Source: Patescibacteria group bacterium (GTDB lineage Bacteria; Patescibacteriota; Minisyncoccia; Phycocordibacterales; UBA9973). From it: 64,000 bases of DNA. The notes beneath the pieces are model-generated. The model saw only the letters and a list, made by a program, of their open reading frames with translations. It had not been told where the DNA came from and searched no databases. The stretch spans positions 6,549-70,548 of the forward strand of contig JAZKBO010000001.1 in the NCBI GenBank assembly GCA_040388575.1, read 5' to 3'. The first letter of the stretch is position 1; every line of letters begins with the position of its first letter. The translations under genes and the position numbers were made by a program. Shown here one piece after another: positions 48,008-56,758 of this stretch.

Positions 48008-48033
48008 ACACCCCGAGCGGGGTGTTTTGTTTA
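48008..48033. terminator. Bidirectional rho-independent terminator (AAAACACCCCGAGCGGGGTGTTTTGTTT)
   Basis: Perfect 7-bp GC stem flanked by A-run and T-run. Sits between tyrS (+) and a small minus-strand ORF. Confidence 0.7.
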
Positions 48034-48171
48034 GTGGTCTTTGTCGGGGTCGTCGTCGGTATCCTCATCAAATCTAAAGTCATTGATGGCACCCTCCTCT
48101 AAGGGTTCCAGTAATTCATCATCACCGTCGCCCTCTACTTTAAACCCTGCATCGTCATCGTCGTAACTCAT
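48031..48171 (-). CDS. Possible 46-aa highly acidic small protein
   Basis: Hand-translated 'MSYDDDDAGFKVEGDGDDELLEPLEEGAINDFRFDEDTDDDPDKDH'. The stop overlaps the terminator stem. No homology support. Confidence 0.25.
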   Translation of the reverse strand: MSYDDDDAGFKVEGDGDDELLEPLEEGAINDFRFDEDTDDDPDKDH

Positions 48172-48267
48172 TTAAAATAAAAGTTAATTTATAAGTTTTG
48201 CTAACTTTTACTTTGTAGCAAAATCTAAAAAGCTTAGCAAGATAATGTGTGGATAACTCTAGAAAGC

Positions 48268-48753
48268 TTACTGCCGTAGGTGGGCGAAGGCGGTAATAGC
48301 AATAGCGATAGCATCTAATTCATCGTCGGAGGCCTTGGATTCATCGATATCTACTAGCATTTTAACCATCCTATTTATCTGTTTTTTATCCGAGCGACCG
48401 TAGCCAGTGGTGGCTATCTTTATCTGGGGAGGGGAAGCTTCAAAAACTTGAAGGCCTGCTTGTTTTGCTTCATATATAACCACCCCACGAGCTTCCGCCA
48501 CATGCATTACTGTCTTTTGGTTGGTATTTAAAAATAATGTCTCAATAGATAGTACTTCCGGTTTGTATTTTTTAATTATTTTTTTAACTTCATCTCCAAT
48601 CAAACATAACCTATCCGCAAATTCTAACTTTGCTGACGTTTTAAAACACTGTGAAAATATTACTTGCTCTTTTTTATCCCCCTTTTCTTTTTCTAATACC
48701 GCCACCCCCAATCGCTCAAACCCGGGGTCAATTCCTAAAATTCTCATACCCAA
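48268..48753 (-). CDS. ruvC: Holliday junction resolvase RuvC
   Basis: 'MRILGIDPGFERLGVAVLE', conserved acidic catalytic residues, 161 aa. Confidence 0.9.
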   Translation of the reverse strand: MGMRILGIDPGFERLGVAVLEKEKGDKKEQVIFSQCFKTSAKLEFADRLCLIGDEVKKIIKKYKPEVLSIETLFLNTNQKTVMHVAEARGVVIYEAKQAGLQVFEASPPQIKIATTGYGRSDKKQINRMVKMLVDIDESKASDDELDAIAIAITAFAHLRQ

Positions 48754-48864
48754 AGTTTAACACTTTTAATCACACTTAATTATCCACAAGGCTTATTGCC
48801 ATTCAATATTACTTGTAATACCATATAAATGACGCAGCTCCTTGGTAAAGTAAGTGCTCCATTC

Positions 48865-49100
48865 ACCCGAATCCCGGGAGGCTGCGTCACAACGAGGTGA
48901 CGAATGACCCGAACGACCACGGCCACGCGCGGAGCTCCGAAGATGGCGGCCAGCTCCACCCATGCGAATGCGAACCAGGTCCGGCAGGCGAAGCAGGGCG
49001 GCGGCACGAACGAGGCGACGGGCACCACGAAGGCGGCGTAGCCAAGCCGGGGCGGGGGAGGCCATCGGGCTTCCCCTCGCCTCGGCGAGGTACAGTATTC
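48865..49100 (+). ncRNA. ffs: Candidate signal recognition particle RNA (long, Bacillus-type form), GC-rich structured RNA
   Basis: A ~65% GC stretch of about 230 nt in an AT-rich genome with no convincing ORF. It contains 'CCAGGTCCGGCAGGCGAAGCAGG', close to the universal SRP RNA domain IV 'CCAGGUCCGGAAGGAAGCAGC'. Terminal segments are complementary (cgggaggc / gcctcgg). Confidence 0.45.
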
Positions 49101-49209
49101 TTCCTGTCTGAAGAAAATCGCTGATTAATTTCAGCACTTAGGGTCGCAAGTTGATCCTTTCACTGTAAAGTGTCCTTGCGGCCCTTTTCAATTGTCTTTT
49201 TGTGCCTTT

Positions 49210-50229
49210 TTATAAAAGTTTATCTTGCTTGTCACTAGTCTTCATTCCTAAATGCGCGTAGGCTTTCTTAGTAGCTACTCGCCCGCGGGCGGTGCGCTCG
49301 AGAAGGCCGAGCTGGATTAAGTAGGGTTCAATAACTTCCTCAATTGTTGCCTCCTCTTCCGACATCGCCGCGCCTATTGTTTTCAAGCCTACCGGTCCAC
49401 CTTCGAATTTTTTAATAAGTACTTCTAAAAATTTTCTATCCGATGCGTTAAGCCCAATATCATCCACTGAAAGCATCTCTAAGGCCTCTTGCACTGTCTT
49501 TTGATCCAAACTTTTTTTATTTACTTGCGCAAAGTCACGCACACGCTTCAAGAAATAGTTGGCAGTGCGCGGAGTAAAGCGGCTGCGCTTAGCAATTTCT
49601 TGCAGCGCCCCTTGATCTAATTTTATTTCTAAAAGTTTACTGGACCTATCTACAATTTTTGCGATCTCATCATCGGAATAAAATTCTAAACGGAAAACCC
49701 CACCAGAGAATCGCGAGCGAAGAGGGGAGGAGATAAGTGCCACTCGAGTTGTAGCTGCGATTAATGTAAAAGGTGGCAGGTCGAGCTGAATAGTACGAGC
49801 GGAGGGGCCCTTGCCGATAATAATGTCGAGCACACCGGATTCCATCGCCGGATACAATATTTCCTCCACCATTTTATTGAGGCGGTGGATCTCATCTATA
49901 AAAAGGATGTCGCCAGAGGCAAGGTTGGTAAGTATAGAGGCCAAGTCACCCACTTTTTCTATTGCAGGACCCGAAGTTATCTTCATTTGGCGCCCAGTTT
50001 CCTTGGCTATTAGGTGCGCTAACGTGGTCTTGCCAAGCCCAGGCGGCCCATAGAAGAGGATGTGCTCTGGGATGTGTTTACGCTCCTCGGCAGCCCTAAG
50101 GAGGATTTTAACGTTGTCTTTTATGTGTTTTTGGCCAATATACTCATCCCAGCGGGTAGGGCGCAGGGTTTGGTCTAGAAAGGCTTCATCCATTGGTTCT
50201 TTTGGTTTTTTTGTTTTTTCGCTTGACAT
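49210..50229 (-). CDS. ruvB: Holliday junction branch-migration ATPase RuvB
   Basis: Walker A 'GPPGLGKTTLA', Walker B 'ILFIDEIHRL', sensor 'TTR'. Confidence 0.95.
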   Translation of the reverse strand: MSSEKTKKPKEPMDEAFLDQTLRPTRWDEYIGQKHIKDNVKILLRAAEERKHIPEHILFYGPPGLGKTTLAHLIAKETGRQMKITSGPAIEKVGDLASILTNLASGDILFIDEIHRLNKMVEEILYPAMESGVLDIIIGKGPSARTIQLDLPPFTLIAATTRVALISSPLRSRFSGGVFRLEFYSDDEIAKIVDRSSKLLEIKLDQGALQEIAKRSRFTPRTANYFLKRVRDFAQVNKKSLDQKTVQEALEMLSVDDIGLNASDRKFLEVLIKKFEGGPVGLKTIGAAMSEEEATIEEVIEPYLIQLGLLERTARGRVATKKAYAHLGMKTSDKQDKLL

Positions 50230-50537
50230 CAGCTTTATATTATGCTATACTAGCAAAGTAAGGGATTTATCAACATGCTATCAACATAGCTATGCACATT
50301 ATAGCATTTGCTGATATTGGCATCATAGTATACTTCCTTAGTAAGTTCTTTGAGGAGTTTTTTTAAGAAGGCATTAATCTCTAAGCAATCAGCCACCGGT
50401 TATACGGATTTGCATAGGACGTTCTGGTTACTTTAATTAGTTTACTGGAGCTATCCTCTAATAATTTGTTACTCTTGGGGCCTAGCCCCGAAAGGATTGT
50501 TTAGAGATTAGTGCTTTTTTTATTTAAGTAACACTAA

Positions 50538-52232
50538 CTATTCTTCGATTAGATCTACCGCACCTTGAACCTCGTCAAAGGAGGTAATACCACCTAGAAT
50601 TTTTATTAGGCCATCTTGGCGCATAGAGAGTATGCCTTGAGTCTTGGCAACTTTTTTAATTTCACGCTCACTTGGATTCTCTAGAATTATTTTTTCAATA
50701 TTTTCGTCAGTTTGGATAGCTTCGAAGATTCCTATTTGTCCGGAGTAGCCAGTCATATTACATTTCTCACAACCAACAGGGAAGAAGAGCTTCGCAGGCA
50801 CTTCATGAAGATTAAACTTAGCTAAATCTTTACCCTCTTCCTTCATTCCTGTCACAATAGCTTGCAGTATTTTAATTTCAGATCCTCCTGGCTCCTTTTC
50901 AGTTTTACATTCTTTACACAAACGGCGCACGAGTCGCTGAGCCATTGATAGGGATAACGCGGAACCCATTATTTTAGGATTAACACCAAGGTCAATCAAG
51001 CGGGGGATGACGCCAGCAGCGTTGTTAGTGTGGAGGGTGGAGAAGACCATGTGGCCAGTGAGTGCTGACTGCACTGCAATCTCTGCAGTGTCATTGTCAC
51101 GGATTTCACCCACCATTATCACATCCGGGTCCTGGCGCAGCGCCGAGCGTAGTCCTTCCGGAAAAGTGTAGCCTTTATTAAGGTTAACTTGGGTTTGGGT
51201 TATGCCAGGCAGGTGGTACTCAACAGGGTCCTCAATGGTAATGATGTTAATCTCGGTAGAATAAATTTTACGCAAGAATGCGTATAAAGTCGTAGTCTTA
51301 CCGGAGCCAGTGGGGCCGGTTACTAGGATAAGACCATTCGGCTTCTTTATTTCTTTTTCAATAAGGCTAAATAGGTACGGCTCTATTCCAAGCTGTTCAA
51401 TAGGTACTTGAATAGATTTAGGGTCAAGTATACGCATAACCATAGACTCACCATATGTACCAGGGATGAGTGAGGTACGCACATTTATCTCTTCATCACC
51501 CTCCGTAATACTAAAGCGTCCATCTTGGGAAGTTTTAGAAGTAAGTTTCATGCCAGAGAGGAGCTTGATGCGAGAGTTTAGAAGATGATAAATATCCATA
51601 CCAAAAAATCCTACATCTTGGAGGATACCGTCTAGGCGCAAGCGCAACTTACCTTGCTCCTTTTCTGGTTCGATATGAATGTCGGAAGCTTTAATAGCAA
51701 TTGCGCCTGCTAAAATAACTTCAAGCAAGCGAGTAATTTTATGAATTTTGTTTTCCTTCAATACTTCAGTCATTAAATTACTGATGTCTTGCATCTTATG
51801 AATATCTTTGGCTGTGTTTCTTAAAATTTCTACCGAAATATCCACCCCACCTACCTGTGAGCTTTCCGCCATGGAGAGTTCTTGATAGCGCTCCCATACT
51901 TTTTCGAGGGAGGCGAGAGATGCCATATAAAAAGTAGGTAATAAATTCTTTCGCTCCAACATTTCTTTAATTTTTGCAAAAAGGTCATCTTGGGGGGAGC
52001 GCACCGCGATTAAAATATTTTTACCAGAGAGTTTAAAAGGAGCCACTTTCATAGCTCGCGCATCATCCTCTGGGATTGCCCTTAGGGCTTCGTTATCCAC
52101 CACATAATGATAGAGGTTAATATAAGGGAGGCCGTATTTAGAAGTTGCTAAAGTTTCTACCAATTGTTCCTCTTCAGTTTTATGTAGTTCATCCAGCTCC
52201 TTATTCTGCTTTTCTTCGTCGAAGTCTGCCAT
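50538..52232 (-). CDS. pilB: Type IV pilus / type II secretion assembly ATPase (PilB/GspE family)
   Basis: GSPII_E N-domain, Walker A 'GPTGSGKTTTL', Asp box, His box, and tetracysteine 'CKECK...CEKCN'. Confidence 0.9.
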   Translation of the reverse strand: MADFDEEKQNKELDELHKTEEEQLVETLATSKYGLPYINLYHYVVDNEALRAIPEDDARAMKVAPFKLSGKNILIAVRSPQDDLFAKIKEMLERKNLLPTFYMASLASLEKVWERYQELSMAESSQVGGVDISVEILRNTAKDIHKMQDISNLMTEVLKENKIHKITRLLEVILAGAIAIKASDIHIEPEKEQGKLRLRLDGILQDVGFFGMDIYHLLNSRIKLLSGMKLTSKTSQDGRFSITEGDEEINVRTSLIPGTYGESMVMRILDPKSIQVPIEQLGIEPYLFSLIEKEIKKPNGLILVTGPTGSGKTTTLYAFLRKIYSTEINIITIEDPVEYHLPGITQTQVNLNKGYTFPEGLRSALRQDPDVIMVGEIRDNDTAEIAVQSALTGHMVFSTLHTNNAAGVIPRLIDLGVNPKIMGSALSLSMAQRLVRRLCKECKTEKEPGGSEIKILQAIVTGMKEEGKDLAKFNLHEVPAKLFFPVGCEKCNMTGYSGQIGIFEAIQTDENIEKIILENPSEREIKKVAKTQGILSMRQDGLIKILGGITSFDEVQGAVDLIEE

Positions 52233-52269
52233 CGGATTAAATTATATCTTAAATGGTATAATTTCCATA

Positions 52270-54720
52270 ATGAAAAAGAATGATAAAAAGAGCTCGCAGA
52301 CGCTGGTTTTGCTGGATGCGCATGCCATAATTCACCGCGCATACCATGCCTTGCCGGACTTCATGTCATCTCGCGGGGAGCCTACCGGGGCCCTGTATGG
52401 ACTTTCGAGTATGTTGATGAAGATTATCCCAGAGCTAAAACCGGATTACATAGTGGCTTGTTATGATTTGCCGGGGAAAACCTTTCGGCATGAGGCCTAT
52501 GATGATTATAAGGCTGGCCGAGCTAAGACGGATGAAGCCCTCATAGCTCAATTGAAAAAGTCTAGGCAGATTTTCGAGGCTTTTAATATACCCATTTACG
52601 ACGCTCCCGGATTTGAAGCGGATGACGTGCTCGGCACCATTGTAGAAAAATTAAAAAAAGATAAAACCAAAAATATTATCATCGCCTCGGGAGACATGGA
52701 CACCATGCAGCTGGTAGATGATAAAAAAGTGCAGATATATACATTGAAAAAGGGGATTACAGACACCATTTTATATGATGAGGACAAAGTAGTAGAGAGG
52801 TTTGGCTTTAAGCCATTACTTTTGCCAGACTATAAAGGCTTGCGTGGAGACCCGTCTGACAACATTATTGGTATTAAGGGCATAGGTGAAAAAACTGCCA
52901 CTACGCTCATTACCCAATTTGGCACCATTGAGGAAATTTATAAAAAAATTAAGAAGGAACCGGAAAGTTTTGCTAAAGCAGGGTTAAGCCCACGACTAAT
53001 TGAGCTTATTAAAAATAATGAAGAAGAGGCTATTTTTTCCAAAACTCTAGCAAAAATACGACGTGATGCGCCAGTAGACTTCAAAATACCAGACAAAACA
53101 TTCTGGGAAGCCGCCGATCTTAAAAAAATTGAAAAGATGTTTGCAGATTTTGAATTTCGATCCCTCTTTACTCGCTTGAAAAACTTTTTCGGCAAAGGCG
53201 AGAAGCAAAACCCGGGAGCGAATTTAGCAGAATTTTCTCAGGTCCTCGGATCTCCGGGGCCCCACACCCCGGCCAGACCGTTCCAAAATTCTCTAAATTC
53301 GCTCCCGGAAAAAAAAGTTGACGCTACTAAACTTCAAGAAGCGAGTATCGCCTTGTGGCTTATTAATTCCGACATAGCCAACCCGACATTGGAGGATATT
53401 TTTCTTTTTTCTAGAACTGAAGTATTCGAAGATGCGTACGAATTTATTTTTAAAAAGTTAAAGGAGAATAACTTAACCCTGGTATATGAAGAAATAGAAA
53501 AACCAATAATGCCTGTGGTGGAGGCAATGCAGGACTACGGAGTTTTGATTGATCAAAAATATTTTGAAAAACTATCTACAGAATATCATAAAGAGCTGGA
53601 CCTACTAACGGCTAAGATTTATAAAATGGCGGGAACGGAGTTCAATATCAACTCGCCCAAGCAATTAGGGGAGGTGCTATTCGGCAAAATGGGCTTGAAA
53701 ACTAAGAAGAAAGGAGCAAATGGGGCATTCTCGACCAAGATTTCAGTCTTAGAAGAGCTAGAAGAAGGCAACCCAATCATTAGTGAAATCATGGCTTACC
53801 GCGAGCTTCAAAAGTTACTTTCAACCTATATCGATGTCATCCCGAAGATGGTATCTCCCGATGGACGCTTGCATGCTAAGTTTATCCAAAATGGGTCTAC
53901 TACCGGCAGATTTTCTTCCCAAGATCCGAATTTGCAAAATTTACCAATCAAAAGTGAACTCGGTAAAAGAATCCGCGGTGGGTTCGTGGCGGCAAAGGGC
54001 TATAAACTTTCAGCTTTTGATTACAGCCAGATTGAACTGCGAGTTGCGGCGATGCTCTCGGGTGATAAAAACATGACTCAAATTTTTAAAGATAGGAAGG
54101 ACATTCATGCGGGTGTAGCCTCCCGCGTTTTCGGCGTGCCGATAGATAAAATAGATGCGGAAATGCGTCGTCAAGCAAAAGTTATAAACTTCGGTATCAT
54201 TTATGGCATGGGCGTTACTGCACTGCGTAAAAACTTGGGTGGCACCCGTGAAGAAGCGCAAAAATTTTACGATAATTACTTCAATCAATTTTCTGGCGTT
54301 AGGGAATACATGGAAGAAGTTAAAAAGTTTGCAGTTGAGCATACATATACTGAGACGTTGTTTGGTAGGCGTAGATATTTCCCCAACATTCGATCCCGAA
54401 TTCCATTCCTAAAAAATATGGCAGAGCGTACTGCTACTAATGCACCACTACAAGGTACCGCTGCGGATATTATCAAGCTGGCTATCAGATATGCCAATGA
54501 AGATATTATAAAAGCTGGGTTACAAGACAAGGTCCACCTCATACTTCAAATCCACGATGAGTTGGTATATGAAATAAAAGACGAGGCATTAAGTGAAGCT
54601 GACGCAATAATAAAAAAAGCCATGGAGGCTGTGTTGCAAAGCTCATATTTGCATTACAAAACCGATATTCCACTCATTGTTCACTCCGGTTCCGGCAATA
54701 ATTTAGAGGAGGTAAAATAG
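52270..54720 (+). CDS. polA: DNA polymerase I (5'-nuclease plus polymerase domains; short, 3'-5' exo region likely reduced)
   Basis: 5'-nuclease 'LLDAHAIIHRAYHA'. Pol motifs 'DYSQIELR', 'RRQAKVINFGIIYG', 'QIHDELVYE'. Carries in-frame element copy 2. Confidence 0.9.
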   Translation: MKKNDKKSSQTLVLLDAHAIIHRAYHALPDFMSSRGEPTGALYGLSSMLMKIIPELKPDYIVACYDLPGKTFRHEAYDDYKAGRAKTDEALIAQLKKSRQIFEAFNIPIYDAPGFEADDVLGTIVEKLKKDKTKNIIIASGDMDTMQLVDDKKVQIYTLKKGITDTILYDEDKVVERFGFKPLLLPDYKGLRGDPSDNIIGIKGIGEKTATTLITQFGTIEEIYKKIKKEPESFAKAGLSPRLIELIKNNEEEAIFSKTLAKIRRDAPVDFKIPDKTFWEAADLKKIEKMFADFEFRSLFTRLKNFFGKGEKQNPGANLAEFSQVLGSPGPHTPARPFQNSLNSLPEKKVDATKLQEASIALWLINSDIANPTLEDIFLFSRTEVFEDAYEFIFKKLKENNLTLVYEEIEKPIMPVVEAMQDYGVLIDQKYFEKLSTEYHKELDLLTAKIYKMAGTEFNINSPKQLGEVLFGKMGLKTKKKGANGAFSTKISVLEELEEGNPIISEIMAYRELQKLLSTYIDVIPKMVSPDGRLHAKFIQNGSTTGRFSSQDPNLQNLPIKSELGKRIRGGFVAAKGYKLSAFDYSQIELRVAAMLSGDKNMTQIFKDRKDIHAGVASRVFGVPIDKIDAEMRRQAKVINFGIIYGMGVTALRKNLGGTREEAQKFYDNYFNQFSGVREYMEEVKKFAVEHTYTETLFGRRRYFPNIRSRIPFLKNMAERTATNAPLQGTAADIIKLAIRYANEDIIKAGLQDKVHLILQIHDELVYEIKDEALSEADAIIKKAMEAVLQSSYLHYKTDIPLIVHSGSGNNLEEVK
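53230..53291 (+). mobile_element. Copy 2 of the ~60-bp GC-rich inverted-end repeat, in frame in polA (encodes '...SQVLGSPGPHTPARPFQNS...')
   Basis: Same core as the other copies. Ends GAATTTTCTCAGG / CCGTTCCAAAATTC are mutually inverted. Confidence 0.7.
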
Positions 54721-54743
54721 TTAAATTATGCTACAATTAGGGC

Positions 54744-55229
54744 ATGAATCCTGAAAGTGCAGAGGAAAACAAGCCGGGAGAGGATGCATTTACTATTCAC
54801 CACGTATTGGCGCATTCTTACTTATTTTATTTCCTACTTTTCCTTTTCGGCACGATATTAGACTTTTTTATCCCTATAAGCCTCTTTAATAATCCTGTTT
54901 TTAGGCCGATTGGTTTTGTCATTCTAGTTTTAGCATCGCTTCTAATTATCTGGGCTCAAAGGACATCTATTGCTTTGAGAAAAATTGAAAAGATTAACAA
55001 AGAGGCCTTTTGCCGGGGGCCATATTGCTACACCAGGAGCCCAACCCATTGGGGCCTATTCCTATTAATGTTAGGTTTTAGCATTATTGCTAATGCAGGA
55101 TTTGTGGCGATGTTTACTATCGTTGCTTTTGCGGTTACTAAATTCGTATTCCTGCGTAAAGAAGAAGCTATCCTGGCTGCTAAATATGGAACGCCCTACC
55201 TCGAATATAAAAAATTTGTAAAGTTCTAG
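54744..55229 (+). CDS. Isoprenylcysteine carboxyl methyltransferase (ICMT/PEMT-family) membrane protein
   Basis: 'GPYCYTRSPTHWG' signature and 4 TM helices. Confidence 0.65.
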   Translation: MNPESAEENKPGEDAFTIHHVLAHSYLFYFLLFLFGTILDFFIPISLFNNPVFRPIGFVILVLASLLIIWAQRTSIALRKIEKINKEAFCRGPYCYTRSPTHWGLFLLMLGFSIIANAGFVAMFTIVAFAVTKFVFLRKEEAILAAKYGTPYLEYKKFVKF

Positions 55230-55232
55230 CCA

Positions 55233-55880
55233 ATGATTTACCTTTTTGCCGGAGACGATACCAAGAAGAAGCTTAGTAATTACGAAGATTTTATGAAATC
55301 TGTGCCGACTAGCACCGAAATTTTCTCCATCGGTCGCAATAATTTTAATAAGAATCAAATAGAGAGTTTATACAGCGGGTCAGGACTCTTTTTCAATAAA
55401 AGCGCCGCAATATTTGAAAGTATACTAGAGAGGGAAGAACATCGGGATTTTGTTATGGACAAGATGCTGCTGATGGGGGAGTCTACAAATAACTTTATTT
55501 TCCTGGAAAGTAAATTAAATAAACCTATCTTGGACTTATTTAAAAAGTCTCGCGCCCAAATAAATATATTTGAATTACCAAAAGAAAAGAAAGAAAAATT
55601 CGATAATTTTCTAGTGGCGAATGCTTTTGCGGCTAAAGACAAGCTGAATCTTTGGATATATTTCCGCCAAGCTACCGATCTAGGCGTAGCCATGGAAGAG
55701 TTAACCGGGGTAATCTTTTGGAAAATTAAAGATATGATCCTACGTAAGAACTTTAGTAAATTTACAGAAGAAGAATTAAAGAAATTTGCTGGCAAACTAT
55801 CATACCTGCTACCTGAAGCTCGCAAGGAAGGCCGCGATGCAGAAGCAGCGATGGAACAATTTCTCCTGGAAGTTTTTTAA
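55233..55880 (+). CDS. Possible short DNA polymerase III delta subunit (HolA-like)
   Basis: N-terminus 'MIYLFAGDD' resembles HolA starts. Only 215 aa, so a weak assignment. Confidence 0.3.
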   Translation: MIYLFAGDDTKKKLSNYEDFMKSVPTSTEIFSIGRNNFNKNQIESLYSGSGLFFNKSAAIFESILEREEHRDFVMDKMLLMGESTNNFIFLESKLNKPILDLFKKSRAQINIFELPKEKKEKFDNFLVANAFAAKDKLNLWIYFRQATDLGVAMEELTGVIFWKIKDMILRKNFSKFTEEELKKFAGKLSYLLPEARKEGRDAEAAMEQFLLEVF

Positions 55881-55903
55881 AAATCTGGTATTATGAGCAA
55901 CAC

Positions 55904-55976
55904 GCGCCCGTAGCTCAGTCGGTAGAGCAGATCCCTTTTAAGGATAAGGTCGTTGGTTCGATCCCAACCGGGCGCA
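55904..55976 (+). tRNA. tRNA-Lys (anticodon TTT)
   Basis: Hand-folded cloverleaf. Acceptor GCGCCCG/CGGGCGC, D-arm GCTC-AGTCGGTA-GAGC, anticodon loop CTTTTAA, T-arm GTTGG-TTCGATC-CCAAC, discriminator A. No encoded CCA. Confidence 0.9.
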
Positions 55977-55982
55977 CATTGA

Positions 55983-56537
55983 TTACCCTTGTTTTTTAAG
56001 CCAGTCAATCATTTTCTGGTATGTTGTTGGGCCAGTTTGGCCGTCGGCTTTGAGACCCACGGCTTTTTGAAATGCAATTACATTAGCCGTAGTAGACTTT
56101 CCAAAGTCGTTATCTACCTTATTTGAGGTTTTATTGTAAATATTGAAGAAGGTTTGTAAGGTTCCTACGCGAGTGCCTTGTGATTTTTCCTTCATTACCA
56201 CTTTATCAGTAATGAGCTTTTGTAAATCATTTATTAAACTTTGGTATTTATAGGTAGTAGTGGTTTTAGCTGGCGTTGGGGAGGGAGTTGGCGCAGGCGC
56301 AGGAGTTGGGGCCACCACGGGAGTAGGTGTGGGTGCCGGAGGCTGGATAGCTGCCAATTGATCTTGCAGTTTCAAAACTTGATCTTTCAGAGTTTGGTTT
56401 TCTTCCTCCAGGGCCTTCTCTTTTTGCCTGGTGGCATGGATATCACCTGGTTCAATGCTGAGTACTGCCCAGTAGCCGACTAAGCCAATGATTGCCAGGG
56501 TTATTATGGAGAAAAGAATAAATTTTACATTAGCCAT
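55983..56537 (-). CDS. Membrane-anchored coiled-coil protein with Pro-rich linker and C-terminal peptidoglycan-binding domain (PG_binding_1)
   Basis: N-terminal TM. 'PAPTPTPVVAPTPAPAPTPSPTP' linker. 'FGKSTTANVIAFQKAVGLKADGQTGPTTYQKM' fits the PG-binding repeat. Confidence 0.7.
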   Translation of the reverse strand: MANVKFILFSIITLAIIGLVGYWAVLSIEPGDIHATRQKEKALEEENQTLKDQVLKLQDQLAAIQPPAPTPTPVVAPTPAPAPTPSPTPAKTTTTYKYQSLINDLQKLITDKVVMKEKSQGTRVGTLQTFFNIYNKTSNKVDNDFGKSTTANVIAFQKAVGLKADGQTGPTTYQKMIDWLKKQG

Positions 56538-56758
56538 GGGTATATTATAGCAAAAAAACCAAAGAGGGGTATAATATAAGTATGTTCAAAATTTCCGAGC
56601 TTAATCGAACACTCCTGTTTATGCTCATTTTCACAGTAATTAGCTCAGCTATCGCGTTTCATATTATAGTTACCGGTTATAGTACTATTTTTGATCTAGC
56701 ATCTGCTGCTCAATAAAGTCTTTCTCAATATTTCTTTTGATTGTGATAGGATAGGTAA

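Noticed and set aside
48793-49137. ORFs of 114 aa (-), 82 aa (-) and 75 aa (+) within the GC-rich stretch between ruvC and ruvB
   Set aside because: Their Arg/Gly/Ala-rich low-complexity translations overlap on both strands and have no start context. The SRP-RNA-like motif and the terminal complementarity favour a structured RNA.
50230-50537. 300-nt intergenic region between ruvB and pilB with a GGGGCCTAGCCCC hairpin
   Set aside because: The hairpin is not followed by a T-run on either strand and no conserved RNA motif was recognised. It is most likely divergent promoter or spacer DNA.
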